This document shows positions 1 to 12,888 of a stretch of DNA of 64,000 nucleotides, in pieces (position 1 is the stretch's first letter; every line of letters starts with the position of its first letter). Location of the stretch: assembly GCA_964016885.1 (NCBI GenBank), contig OZ024740.1, forward strand, positions 2,976,001 through 3,040,000, read 5' to 3'. The notes under the pieces were generated by a model that had not been told where the DNA came from, did no database searches, and saw only the letters and a program-made list of their open reading frames with translations. The translations under genes and the position numbers were made by a program. Source of the stretch: Eledone cirrhosa (Eukaryota).

Positions 1-1957
1 GTTAAACATTTCACCTAGGATTACACAGTTCCCTTAAGGTTAAACAGTTCACCTACGGTTAAACAGTTCACCAAGGGTTAAATTGTTCACCTAGAGATAA
101 ACAGTTCATATAGGGTTAAACAGTTCACAAAGGGTTAAACATTTCACCTAGGGTTAAATAGTTCACCTAGGGTTAAAGAGTTCAACTTGGGTTAAATATT
201 TCACCTAGGGTTAAACAGTTCCCCAAGGGTTAAACAGCTCACTGAGGGTTAAACAATTCACCTATGGTTAAACAGTTAACCAAGGTTTAAACAGTTCACT
301 TAGGGTTAAACAGTTCACCTAGTGTTAAACAGTTCCTCTAGTGTTAAACAGTTTACCTAGGGTTAAATATTTCACCTACGGTTAAACAGTTCACCTAGGG
401 TTAAACAATTCACCAAGGTTTAAACAGTTCACTTAGGTTTAAACAGTTCACCTAGTGTTAAACAGTTCCTCTAGTGTTAAACAGTTTACCTAGGGTTAAA
501 TATTTCACCTACGGTTAAACAGTTCACCTAGGGTTAAACAGTTCACCTAGGGTTAAACAGTTCACCAAGGGTTAAACAGCTCACTGAAGGTTAAACAGTT
601 CACCTAGGGTTAAACAGTTCACCAAGGTTTAAACAGTTCACTTAGGGTTAAACAGTTAACCTTGTGTTAAACAGTTCCTCTAGTGTTAAACAGTTCACCT
701 AGGGTTAAATATTTCACCAAGGGTTAAACAGTTCACCTAGGGTTAAACAGTTCCCCTTAGGTTAAACAGTTAACCTAGGGTTAAACAGTTCACCGAAGGT
801 TAACAGTTCACCTAGGGTTAAACAGTTCACCTTGGATTAAACAGTTCACCAAGGGTTAAACAGCTCACTGAAGGTTAAACAGTTCACCTAGGGTTAAACA
901 CTTCCCCTTAGGTTAAACAGTTGACCTAGGGTTAAACAGTTCACCAAGGGTTAAATAGTTCACCTAGGGATAAATAGTTCATATAGGGTTAAACAATTGA
1001 CAAAGGGTTAAACAGTTCACCTAGGGTTAAATAGTTCACCTAGGGTTAAAGAGTACAACTTGGGTTAAATATTTCACCAAGGGTTAAACAGTTGCCCAAG
1101 GGTTAAACAGTTCCCCTAGGGTTAAACAGTTCCCCAAGGGTTAAACAGCTCATTGAGGGTTAAACAGATCACCTATGGTTAAACAATTCACCAAGGGTTA
1201 ATCAGTTCACCTAGGGTTAAACAGTTTACCTAGGGTTAAACACTTCACCATGGGTTAAATAGTTCACCTAGAGTTAAACAGTTCACCTAGGGTTAAACAG
1301 TTGACCTAATTTTAAACATTTCCCCTAAGGTTAAACAGTTCACCTAGGGTTAAACAATTCACCAAAGGTTAACAGTTCACCTTGGGTTAAACATTTCACG
1401 TAGGGTTAAACACTTCACCTAGGGTTAAACAGTTCACCTAGTGTTAAATAGTTCACCTAGTTTTAAACAGTTCACCTAGGGTTAAACATTTCACCAAGCG
1501 GTAAACAGTTGAACTTGGGTTAAACAATCCACCTAGGGTTAATGAGTTCACCTAGGGTTAATGAGTTCACCAAAGGTTAAACAGTTCACCAAGGCTTAAA
1601 CATTTCACTTAGGGTTAAACAGTTCACCTAAGGTTAAACAATTCACCAAGGGTTAAACAGCTCACTGAGGGTTAAACAGTTCACCTAGTGTTAAACAGTT
1701 CACCGAAGATTAACAGTTCACCTAGGTTTAAATATTTCACCGAAAGTTAACGTTTCACTTAGGGTTAAATAGTTCACCTAGATTTAAACAGTTCACCTAG
1801 GGTTAAACAGTTCACCTAAGGTTGAACAGTTCACCTTGGGTTAAACAACTCACTGAAGGTTACCAGTTCACTTAGGGTTAAAAAGTTCACTGAAGGTTAA
1901 CAGTTTATTGATGGTTAAACAGTTCACCTAGGGTTAAACAGTTCACCAAGGGTTAAA
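1..1957. repeat. 19-bp tandem satellite (CACCTAGGGTTAAACAGTT)n, ~100 copies, continues off the window start
   Basis: Periodicity read directly, e.g. 601-657: cacctagggttaaacagtt|caccaaggtttaaacagtt|cacttagggttaaacagtt. The array ends ...aagggttaa at ~1957. Confidence 0.95.
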
Positions 1958-2318
1958 TAATACCTGTGGGTGATAATGTATCCCTGCCAAAATTTACAAG
2001 AGTATTATATTAGTATAATTAATGTGAGGTTATGCTAGCTGTGGCTCAATAAAATATTTTGTGGGATTGACTATTCAATTATGAAGTTAGGAAGCAAATT
2101 TCTTAACCACATAGTCATATAGTCCCTTAATCTGCTACAGATAGCAGCTAAATATCGCTTAAATTGCACATTGCCATCTTAGAAATGGAAAGTTACTGAA
2201 GGTATATCCCTGCTCCCAGACTGGATAGCCATGGCTGAAATGCTTTTGATCATATGTCTCCTTAATCAAAACCAACTTTTAAGGCTAAATAGCAACAAAA
2301 AGAAGAATTTTAACTTAC

Positions 2319-2444
2319 CTCAGGAACTGAAGTGAAAAGTTCCCAGTCATAAATTGTCATATGATAAGCTAATTCTTGTGACCCAACCAGTTCCAAAGAC
2401 TGTGCTGTTCCAGAGAGAATATCATCTTGTTCCGGCAAAGGAGT
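2319..2444 (-). CDS. RAPGEF4: Epac (RAPGEF3/4-type) exon, start of CDC25 GEF domain
   Basis: ttccag|ACTCCT...CCTGAG|gtaagt; 126 nt, phase 0/0; TPLPEQDDILSGTAQSLELVGSQELAYHMTIYDWELFTSVPE resembles Epac2 TPLPEQ...KDLAYQMTIYDWELF. Confidence 0.95.
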
Positions 2445-3011
2445 CTGGAAATAGAGTCAAGTAAGGAGGAAAAAATAGAAATCAAATTACATTGAAATTC
2501 AACAAAGGGTTTAAAGGATAATGTTGAGTCATTCAGAATTTTTTTTTTTGCCTCAGAGACGTAAGGAAAATATCCATGGCAGTTTTAAGCCCTACTAAGA
2601 CTGGTGGGACTGAAAAATGAGGGCATTCTGATGCTAGAGACCTGATGCCTTGTGGTATCTCTTTCAGCTCATGTTTTGCTCTATGTATCAACTGTTGCTT
2701 TTCTCTTCAATATCATTGATGGCATGGAGAAGGAAGACATGGGTGGCTGCTTTGTCTTCCACAAGATACCTAGCTCATGTCTGCACTTTGGCATAGAACA
2801 TACTTACTGTAGAACTATGATCTAATGGAACATTTAGAGGCCTTGGGCTATGTCCTAGAGTTGCAATGTTTCCAAATTCACAAAAAATACACAACAACAA
2901 AGTGAGTTGACTCACAAAATCTCTGGGAATAACTTTGAATTGATTTAGTAAGAATTTGATGTTATAAGTATTTGATCCTTTCAGCAATTATTAATATTTT
3001 ATTTAGGGATG

Positions 3012-3316
3012 TTAACCATTTCTCATAAAATACTCAGTATTTGAATTAATTAATGAAGAATTGGGAGAGATTTACTAAAATTATTAATTATTTTATTATT
3101 ATTATGGTATATGTAAAAAATTTTTATGTCAAATTATGTTGGAAGATTTTATTTTAAATAGAAACCTTTAAAAATGAGTTATACTGCTTCATAGAACCAA
3201 AGTCAATTTTTGCTGGGTTTGGTGTTAAAAGGGTTAAATAGGAACCCTCTAAAATGAGAGGTACTGTTTCATAGGATCAGAGCCAATTTTGGGTAGGTTG
3301 GTATCAAAAGGGTTAA
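3012..3316. mobile_element. Degenerate TTAA-ended (piggyBac-type) MITE with a duplicated ~80-bp right end
   Basis: Begins ttaaccattt and ends aaaagggttaa. The terminal ~80 bp occurs twice (about 3156-3237 and 3238-3316). A related copy lies in opposite orientation at 43260-43689. Confidence 0.5.
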
Positions 3317-3333
3317 ACAAAAAGGGATCTTAC

Positions 3334-3431
3334 CACAGCATCTAAATGTTCACGTGGTGTCAGAAAAAGACGTCCATTTAGACTCAGGCTGTTTACAATG
3401 CCCAAGTCATTCTCTCGAAATAAAATTCGTT
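3334..3431 (-). CDS. RAPGEF4: Epac exon, RA domain C-terminal half
   Basis: ttttcag|AACGA...GCTGTG|gtaaga; 98 nt, phase 1/0; (E)RILFRENDLGIVNSLSLNGRLFLTPREHLDAV resembles Epac2 ...NGRLFACPREQFDSL. Confidence 0.95.
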
Positions 3432-3591
3432 CTGAAAAATTGCAAAGGAAGGAGAAAATAATTAAAATGTAAGTTATGTATGAATGTATGTGTATATGGG
3501 ATGTCTCTAACCTTTGGTAATCCTTGCTGCTGCTGCTGCTGCTACTACTACTACTACTACCACACACACACACACACGAGCTAGACATACA

Positions 3592-3715
3592 CATCATCAT
3601 TTTTACATCTGCTTTTCTATGCTTCCACAGGTCCTTTCTAGCACAACTCCCCTTCACTTCCATCATCATCTCCTCTGTAAGGATCAATGTTTTGAGATCA
3701 GCACTAACCACCTCT
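3592..3715 (-). mobile_element. Old RTE LINE 3' remnant
   Basis: EVVSADLKTLILTEEM resembles the RTE C-terminus. The tail gcagatgtaaaaatgatgatg resembles the other RTE and SINE tails in the window. Confidence 0.5.
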
Positions 3716-4299
3716 GTAGCAGCGTTGTTTCATGGCACATAACAATAATCTATTCATGCGTAAGTTGCGCATGAATATCAACAACTTCTGCCCAAACAAA
3801 GATTTTCGCATTTCTTTTGTTTCACTTCATATTAGTTGCTGCTTTGACATCAAGAAGTTAACATCTATTTTTGCTGTGTCCACACTTAGCAAAAATGTAA
3901 CAGTAAATTACAACTTCAGCCCGACTGGCGATATGTTGGCTAGGGACTGCCTTCCTTGCATATAACACTTAATTTTGTTTATTCACTTTATTTAGCATAC
4001 CAGCACAACTTTTGTAATCCTGTTTCAGTTGTAAATAAATCATGTAAAAAGTTATAAAGTCTTATAATACTTTTACTGCCACCACCTTGGACGTGATAGG
4101 GGAACATCCTTTTCCCAGGGTTCTATCACTACAACAGCAAATTCTCTTCTTTTGTGGCGACTACCAAATAACAACTAACTTCAACTTCTTCTATGTTACA
4201 TTTACTTTCGGCTAACATTGCCACGTAACAAAACCTACACATTCTCTTGCTAGTACAACAAAACATTCTATTGCTAAACCTCTAGTGAGGTTTTTCTCT

Positions 4300-4715
4300 G
4301 GGTAATGACCAAAATATGATCGTGAATACAAGTGGCCAAAATGTGTTTCCTCTGAAGGGTCTTTGGAGTAATGTTACTTGATAGAATGCATAGCTCGGAG
4401 ATCAGAGAGTCACTCCAGATAGAGCTGCTACTTCTTCAAATTGAGAGATCATAGCTGTGGTTCTATAGACATGTGGTTACAATGTCTCAGGAAAGAATCG
4501 CTGGACCGATTTTACAAGCAAAACCAACTGGCAGGAGGCCTAGGGATAGACCCCAAGCAAGATGGTTGGATAACATCCGTGTGCTTGGCTGGGCTCACTT
4601 GGAGATCCAGCCGGATCATATGGAGAAGGTTGCTTCTGAAAGGAACCACTGGAAGGAGTGTTTGAGGAGTCTGCCTCCACGACCCTCTCAGGAAGAAGAA
4701 GAAGAAGAAGAAGAA
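4300..4715 (+). mobile_element. RTE-clade LINE 3' fragment of a second family, with (GAA)n tail
   Basis: Degraded frame ...QAKPTGRRPRDRPQARWLDNI...LRSLPPRP followed by (GAA)8. Confidence 0.7.
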
Positions 4716-4731
4716 TTTATTGTAGGCATAC

Positions 4732-4878
4732 CTCCATTAGATTTCACCTCACATAATACCAAATCTTCACCAAGAGAGAGTTTTTCCTGCGCTTGGACAA
4801 TAATGTGGGACACTGTGGTTGTCATGGGAACACGGAGGGTACAGTAGCTGTGGTCAGCACAATACACACGAAAGATGG
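4732..4878 (-). CDS. RAPGEF4: Epac exon, RA domain N-terminal half
   Basis: tgacag|CCATC...AATGGAG|gtatgc; 147 nt, phase 1/1; (T)IFRVYCADHSYCTLRVPMTTTVSHIIVQAQEKLSLGEDLVLCEVKSNG resembles Epac2 LFKVYCMDHTYTTIRVPV. Confidence 0.95.
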
Positions 4879-5011
4879 CTGTCAATGGAATAATGAGGAA
4901 AAGAAAAGTTAAATGTTGCACTGTAGAGAGAAAAAGTACAAGTTATAATGTAAGAGAAAGGGTAGAAGTTATAATGTTAATTTTAAGAGCTATAATGTTT
5001 GTTTAACTTAC

Positions 5012-5151
5012 TTTCATCAGTAGCTTTAATGGGGCCTCTCTTGAATTTACTATCATCTATTAAATTTTCATTAGAGCCTTTCCGAGCTAGGGTTACATTA
5101 GGAGTGAGACGTTTTTTCACTGAGTATTTTGCAGGGTCTGTACAAATGTTA
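5012..5151 (-). CDS. RAPGEF4: Epac exon, REM-RA linker
   Basis: ttttattccaccag|TAAC...GATGAAA|gtaagt; 140 nt, phase 2/1, the phases needed to join its neighbours. (S)NICTDPAKYSVKKRLTPNVTLARKGSNENLIDDSKFKRGPIKATDE ends like Epac2 KRQPIRGSDE. Confidence 0.9.
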
Positions 5152-5275
5152 CTGGTGGAATAAAATAGTAAAAAGAGAGGAAATCATTATATATAACAAA
5201 GAAGGTAAGATACCAGGTGGACCATAACGCACCAGAGTACTCAATACTTGGGGTAGTAGAGTGGGTAATATATAT

Positions 5276-5665
5276 CCGAGAGAAGACTACGTTGGTATGG
5301 TCACGTGATGCGCATGAAAGACGACAGCTGTATAAAAAAGTGCAGGGCGATCAAAATTGACGGAAGTTACGGAGTAGGCAGACCCAGAAAAACCTGGGAT
5401 GACTTGATAAATTCCGACCTTACACACTTACACCTCTCCAAGACAATGTCACTGGACCGAGGTCTTTGGTACTACGCAGTAATACAGAAGACCCGCCTTG
5501 CCTATGTACAAAGCGAAACCTACAGTCAGTAGGCACCTCTTAATCAAATATACACCCCCATCCCACTACTCCTACCCCCACCCCCATCTACACCACCCCT
5601 TTCTCTGTAAAGTTATGTTGGTGCCACAACATCCAATCCTAAATAAATGAGGTCATGTAGGTGTC
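5276..5665 (+). mobile_element. RTE LINE 3' fragment
   Basis: RRLRWYGHVMRMKDDSCIKKCRAIKIDG...GRPRKTWDDL; same family as 20813-24463. Confidence 0.9.
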
Positions 5666-5743
5666 AACTATTTTTCTTTTTCAATATGAGATTTTTAAAA
5701 AAAAAAGAGAGGGGGGAGAATCCTGTTACTTGAAAATGGAATA

Positions 5744-5933
5744 TCACTTTTTTGTGTTCAGTAATGGTTTGTATTTTCTAATAAAGAATTATTCTTTATA
5801 TTTTCGGAAGTGTTTGTTGTCCGACCATATCTTAAAGAAGGGGAAAATTGTGAAATTTCCCTTTCCGCATGTTGCAATGTGTTCACTGCATGTGTTGTTC
5901 CTGACAGAGAGGTCTCTAATTTGTGGTTTATAT
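5744..5933 (-). mobile_element. Penelope-like GIY-YIG endonuclease C-terminal remnant
   Basis: Minus-strand frame KPQIRDLSVRNNTCSEHIATCGKGNFTIFPFFKIWSDNKHFRKYKE*FFIRKYKPLLNTKK* has the S-x-H ... R..E..FI....P.LN pattern of PLE GIY-YIG ends. Confidence 0.7.
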
Positions 5934-6570
5934 AAAGACTTGTTACACCTACATATGTATACGTGTGTGTATTCATATGCACACTAGTATTTCAGTATGC
6001 ATATGTAGATGTACATTTTTAACTTAATTGTTTAAGCGTCAGTCATACAAAAGTGAGTTACAAACGAAGCGAAATTTAATTTCGTTTCGTTATTTGTTTT
6101 TATCGTCTCCGCTGAACCGGTGCGTACTCACACTCTATGCAAATTAGTCTGCCCACTACTAATTTTCATAGAAAAAGCATATAACGATATGTGCTTTTAC
6201 AATTCTCCAGAAGGGCCGGTAGATAGGTAAATATTGCTGATGAGTTGTAACAACAACGAAACTAGTTCAATATTCCTTGTCTGGCTTTCTGGAGAATAGA
6301 GGGAAAGTGTTCCCTCGAAAACCAGTATGACTCTAAAAACCGGTTTGTCTGTGTGTTTACATACAGAATAGCTGGGTTGCTCACAGTAAGGCAACCAGTG
6401 AAAGACTTGTTACACCTACATATGTATACGTGTGTGTATTCATATGCACACTAGTATTTCAGTATGCATATGTAGATGTACATTTTTAACTTAATTGTTT
6501 AAGCGTCAGTCATACAAAAGTGAGTTACAAACAAAGCGAAATTTAATTTCGTTTCGTTATTTGTTTTTAT
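5934..6570 (+). mobile_element. ORF-less hammerhead element (retrozyme-like): 467-bp unit plus 170-bp direct repeat
   Basis: 5934-6103 is repeated at 6401-6570 (period 467). One hammerhead lies between the repeats. The 3' end runs into (TA)n. Confidence 0.8.
6230..6274 (+). ncRNA. Type-I minimal hammerhead ribozyme
   Basis: aatattg-CTGATGA-gttgt(aaca)acaac-GAAA-ctag-TT-caatatt: stem I 7 bp, stem II 5 bp, palindromic stem III ACTAGT, GUU cleavage triplet. Confidence 0.9.
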
Positions 6571-6591
6571 ATATTATATATTATATTTATA

Positions 6592-6632
<41 letters not shown>

Positions 6633-6638
6633 TATATT

Positions 6639-6694
<56 letters not shown>

Positions 6695-6722
6695 ATATAT
6701 ATATATATTATATATATATATT

Positions 6723-7375
6723 ATAAACGAACTAAGGAAAAAATTAGAGATAAGAGGGATCAGATGTTGTTTACTCGAGAGAAGGCTGCGTTGGTATGGA
6801 CACGTGATGCGCATGAAAGTCGATAGCTGTATAACAAAGTGCAGGGCAATAAAGATAGACGGTAGCCACGGAATAGGCAGACCTAGAAAAACATGGGATG
6901 AGCTGATAAACTCCGACCTCACACACTTACACCTCTCCAAGACAATGTCACTGGACCGAGACCTTTGGCGGTACTCAGTAACAGAGAAGACCCGCCTTGC
7001 CAGTAGGCATCTCTAACAAAATACACCCCGTCCCGCCACCACCCCCACCCCATCCACACCACCCCGTTCTATGTAAAGTTATGTTGGTGCCGCGCCATCC
7101 AGGCCGAAACAAATGAGATCGTGTAGGTGTCACGACAAAAAAACACACAGTCCACGCTGTAATGTGGCCGTGTAGGCAACACGGTAAAAACCTCCCAGAC
7201 CCACACTGTAAATGTGGTTGGTGTTAGGAAGGGCATCCAACTGTAGAAAACCGGCCAGACAGCCCTATGCGAGCAAGACAATCACTCTTGCCTCAAGCGG
7301 GACTACCCCCGTCTGAACCCATGCAAGCGTGGAACACGGACGTTAAACGTTGATGATGATGATGATGATGATGAT
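6723..7375 (+). mobile_element. 5'-truncated RTE LINE with (GAT)n tail
   Basis: INELRKKLEIRGIRCCLLERRLRWYGHV..., then 3' UTR, then ggacgttaaacgt(tga)n; flanked by (TA)n. Confidence 0.92.
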
Positions 7376-7381
7376 TATATA

Positions 7382-7413
<32 letters not shown>

Positions 7414-7680
7414 TATTATATATATATATATTATATATATATATATATTATATATATATATATATTATATATATATATATTATATATATATTATATATAT
7501 ATATATATTATATATATATATATATTATATATATATATATATTATATATATATATATATTATATATATATATATATTATATATATATTATATATATATAT
7601 ATATTATATATATATATATATTATATATATATATATATTATATATATATATATTATATATATATATATATTATATATATA

Positions 7681-7723
<43 letters not shown>

Positions 7724-7772
7724 ATATTATATATATATATATTATATATATATATTATATATATATATATAT

Positions 7773-7804
<32 letters not shown>

Positions 7805-8819
7805 ATATATTATATATATATATATATTATATATATATATATATTATATATATATTATATATATATATATTATATATATATATATATTATATATATATTA
7901 TATATATATATATTATATATATATATATATTATATATATATTATATATATATATATTATATATATATATATTATATATATATATATATTATATATATATA
8001 TTATATATATATATATTATATATATATATATTATATATATATATATTATATATATATATATATTATATATATATTATATATATATATAAATATTATATAT
8101 ATATATATTATATATATATATATTATATATATATATATATTATATATATATTATATATATATATAAATATTATATATATATATATTATATATATATATAT
8201 TATATATATATATATATTATATATATATTATATATATATATAAATATTATATATATATATATTATATATATATATATTATATATATATATATATTATATA
8301 TATATTATATATATATATAAATATTATATATATATATATTATATATATATATATCATATATATATATATATTATATATATATATATTATATATATATATA
8401 TATTATATATATATTATATATATATATAAATATTATATATATATATATATTATATATATATATATCATATATATATATATTATATATATATATATATTAT
8501 ATATATATATTATATATATATATATTATATATATATATATATTATATATATATATATATTATATATATATTATATATATATATATTATATATATATATAT
8601 TATATATATATATATTATATATATATATATTATATATATATTATATATATATATATTATATATATATATATTATATATATATTATATATATATATATTAT
8701 ATATATATATATTATATATATATATATTATATATATATATATTATATATATATATATATTATATATATATATATTATATATATATTATATATATATATAT
8801 TATATATATATATATTATA

Positions 8820-8862
<43 letters not shown>

Positions 8863-8919
8863 ATATATTATATATATATATATATTATATATATATATAT
8901 TATATATATATATATTATA

Positions 8920-8966
<47 letters not shown>

Positions 8967-8987
8967 ATATTATATATATTATATATA

Positions 8988-9030
<43 letters not shown>

Positions 9031-9072
9031 ATATTATATATATATATATTATATATATATATATTATATATA

Positions 9073-9125
<53 letters not shown>

Positions 9126-9243
9126 ATATTATATATATATATATTATATATATATATATATTATATATATATATATTATATATATATATATATTATATAT
9201 ATATATATTATATATATATATATTATATATATATATATATATA
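7376..9243. repeat. ~1.9-kb interrupted (TA)n microsatellite
   Basis: Almost pure A/T, with periodic TT interruptions. Confidence 0.97.
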
Positions 9244-10146
9244 TCATAATCTATAAAGCTCAGTGTATGGACATGCTCCTTTGTTATAGAAATCTACGAT
9301 ATAGAATTTCTTCAATTGAAATTTACAATTCAGTATTCGAAATAGCTTCGATTGCGTCTTGGCACAGACAAATTTTTCAATTTCACCCACAATTACGCCA
9401 AAAATAGATAAAACTCAATATTTTACAATTTTCTCTCTCATTTAAAGTGCTAAACTCTTTCATTACCATTCAAAATCTATACAACTTCATACTTCCTGTT
9501 ACTTTCTCTTTCCAAGCTTGATGGTGATACTGTCCGTTTTACTCTCTCATATCATCTGCCTACCTCTATCTACAACCCACACATTTTGCTACTTTCTCTT
9601 TACTTCAAACTTACTGATTTATTTCCAAACGCAAACAAACACACACTCACTTCAAATGATAAAAAAACATTTAAAGCAATTAAACAATGTGCGTGATTTA
9701 TAACCACACTAACTTTTAGTTACTTCAAACTTAATGATTTATTTACAAACACATACAAACACACACTCACATAAATTGATAAAAAAAAATTTAAAGCAAT
9801 TAAACAACGTGCGGGATTGCCGAAGAGAGAGAGAGAAGAGAGTGAGAGGGAGAGAGAGAGAACGTTTATTATCACATAAAGTACCAGTAATGTACTGGGT
9901 ATTGCTGGCCTTGTGCCAAAAAAGTAGAAACAATTATTACATTTCATACGAAACGACAATTATTCAAAAGCAACAGATACATTTATTCAACAAGCGATAC
10001 ATCTTTTTTAAACCTCTCAACGAATGTGGATTCTTACAGACTTTGAGTCAAATCGGTTTGAAATTGTGCAAATGTATAAACATGGAACATGTGCACACAC
10101 ACAACAACAACAACAATCTGCCTTTTATAGATAATTATAAACAATA

Positions 10147-10607
10147 ATATCCTCTATGAGGTCACTAAGCCTGCTAGAAACAGCAGCTAACTCTCCCCCA
10201 TACCACACCCCTCCCTACTGTCTTAAATTTAGAAAACATATCTTCTATGAGGTCACTAAACCTGCTAGAAACAGCAGCTAACTCTCCCCCATATCACACC
10301 CCTCCCTACTGTCTTAAATTTAGAAAACATATCTTCTATGAGGTCACTAAACCTGCTAGAAACAGCAGCTAACTCTCCCCCATATCACACCACTCCCTAC
10401 TGTCTTAAATTTAGAAAACACATATCCTCTATGAGGTCACTAAACCTGCTAGAAACAACAGCTAACTCTCCCTCATATCACACCCCTCCCTACTGTCTTA
10501 AATTTAGAAAACACATATCCTCTATGAGGTCACTAAACCTGCTAGAAACAACAGCTAACTCTCCCTCATATCACACCCCTCCCTACTGTCTTAAATTTAG
10601 AAAACAC
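10147..10607 (+). repeat. 91-93-bp minisatellite, 5 copies
   Basis: Unit atatcctctatgaggtcactaaacctgctagaaacagcagctaactctcc...gtcttaaatttagaaaac, with starts near 10147, 10238, 10329, 10422 and 10515. Confidence 0.92.
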
Positions 10608-10609
10608 AC

Positions 10610-10877
10610 AGACAACCATGCAGAACAAATCCATCGCAGCTCTGTTGTTCGGCTGGCATCGTCTACTCGCGTGTTGCGCAAGTACTGTGAAACAGTAAAT
10701 TTCAACACTTTTTTGCACAGAGATAATATCCATAGGCGAAACTACAATTGTCACTGCTGGCGCAGCTCATGCTTCCAGGTCTGCAATTCATTCACCCAGT
10801 GCCTGGCAGACAAAAAAGTGCTGCAACCTAACTTTGGTAACTTAATGACCCCGAGCAACGCCGGGCTTTAATGCTAG
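10610..10877 (+). mobile_element. Non-autonomous Helitron 3' terminus
   Basis: GC hairpin ccccgagcaacgccggg (10849-10865), then 8 nt, then CTAG|T (10874-10878): canonical Helitron 3' end. The 5' boundary is uncertain. Confidence 0.7.
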
Positions 10878-10907
10878 TATATATATATATATATTTTATA
10901 TATATAT

Positions 10908-12693
10908 AACGTTGATAACTTTGATAATTTTGATAACTTTCGGCCAGTATTGGCCCAAGCCATGTCTAACTTAATAGCACCACCTGGTGAAGTCTTACAA
11001 ATCAGTGTTTGGGCACTATGGCCCACTCCACCAGGGTTATTGTTTACAGAGGCATATCTGGGTGAAGCAGGCTTATCCGGGATTTCTTGAAGGAATTTAT
11101 CCAAAGACTTCTTGAACTTGATGGGGTCTGTTTCTGTTTTGATGTGTCTTGTTGTTATGAGATGTGAGTGAGATTTTTGTCATGGGCAGATAGCACGGGG
11201 CCCAAGCCTTGGGTGTACGTTAAAGGTGATGCCAACATCATTTGGGAAAAGCTGATGGAATATTTTCCACATCATGCAGATAATGTAGCGCTCACAGCAA
11301 CGTTGGAGAAAATAATGGTTGAGTTTTTCTAATCAACTCCAATAGTCAAGGCCTGTCATGCCATCTATCTTTTTTTGTAATTGACCTTTGGGGTGCTTCA
11401 ACTTTCATGATATTTTATTTCGTGTGGGGTGACCACAGTGGACAACGGTATTCAAGGTGGGGTCGGGCAAATGTGGAAAAGAGAAGGACAACAGTGTGGA
11501 TATCTCTCGACTGGAAAGTTCTGAGAATCCAGGAACACATTCAGCGGGCCATATCAACTTGGCTGTTTATATGAGTGGCCCAGCTTATGTTGTTGTCCAC
11601 AATTACTCCCAGGTCTCTGATGTTATTGGAAGCCACTAGAGTTTCACCCGAAGGAAGAGAGGCATTTTCAGGGCATCCTTTTTTCCAAAGTGGATTAGTT
11701 CAAATTTATCCTCATTCAACAGCATATTATTCATCTCTGTCCATTGGATAACAGCCAGTAGGTCTGACTGAAGGCAAGTCCGGTCACCCACCTCCTTTAT
11801 GACCCTTTGGAGCTTGGAATCATCTGCAAAGATTCTTATGTTGCTGTGCTTGATGTTGTCAGTAATGTCATTAATGTAGATGATGAAAAGTGGGCCCAAC
11901 ACAGTGCCTTGTGGGATGCCACTGCGGACTTTGGCAGGGCTTGATTTTACTCCTTCGACTACAACATGCTGGGTTCTGTCTGTCAGGAAACACTTGATCC
12001 ACTGTAGTAACTTTCCAGAGACACCAACATTGGGTAGTTTTTTCAGTAGAATCCTATGATCAACCCTGTCGGAGGCCTTGCTGAAATCATGGTAGATGAC
12101 ATCAGTGTTGGAGCCCTCTCCCAAGGCTCTCAAAACATCGTCAAACTGATGCAGGAGCTGCGTTTGGCAGTCCCTTTCATTACGGAACCCAAGTTGGTTG
12201 GAGATCAGCAGGTCGTTGCTTTCTAGAAAGTGGGTTATTCGTGATCTCACCACCCTCTCAAATACCTTGATAATATGAGAGGTGAGTGAGATCGGACGGT
12301 AGTTCCCTGCAAGGGACTTATTTCCCTTTTTGAAGACTGGGACAGAAAATATTCAGGAATATAGCCAGTGTCCAGTGAGTTCCTCCACAGATTAGCAAGA
12401 GGAGATGCAAGTTGGTGTCGACACACCTTCAGGACACAAGCAGGGAACCTATCGGGGCCTACTGCTGAATTGTGTTTAATTTCATTTATTGCCGCTAAGA
12501 CATCAAGGAGGCCAAACGTTATGTCCGATATAGTGTGTTGGGGATTAACATCACTGATACAGTACAGATCGGCCATATCAGGATTGCTGAAAACAGAGCA
12601 GTATTGTTTCTGCAGTATCTCGTACATGGTTTTAGCATTATCTTGGAGTGTGCCATTTTCATCAACTAGAGGGCCAACAGTGGAGACGGTGAC
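10908..12693 (-). mobile_element. 5'-truncated CR1-group LINE, degraded RT
   Basis: NQLGFR, DVIYHDFSKASDRVDH, SGIPQGTVLGPLF and IFADDSKL motifs with frameshifts; 3' tail (aaagttatc)n abuts (TA)n. Confidence 0.9.
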
Positions 12694-12888
12694 CTTTGGA
12701 CAAATTCCTTCAAGAAATCCCGGATAATCCTCCTACACCCGGATAAGCCTCCGTAAACAATAACTCTCTGCTCGAGTGGGCCATGGTGCCCAAACACTGA
12801 TTTGTAAAGACTTCGCCAGGTGGTGCTATTAAGTTAGACATGGCCTGGGCCAATACTGGTTGAAACCTATCAAAGTTATCAAAGTTAT
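12694..12888 (+). mobile_element. Inverted 3' end of the same CR1 family
   Basis: Reverse complement of ~10910-11105 with several substitutions; ends aaagttatcaaagttat+(TA)n. Confidence 0.9.

Noticed and set aside
1-1957. Telomeric repeat
   Set aside because: TAGGGTTA resembles TTAGGG, but the period is 19 bp and the array is intronic.
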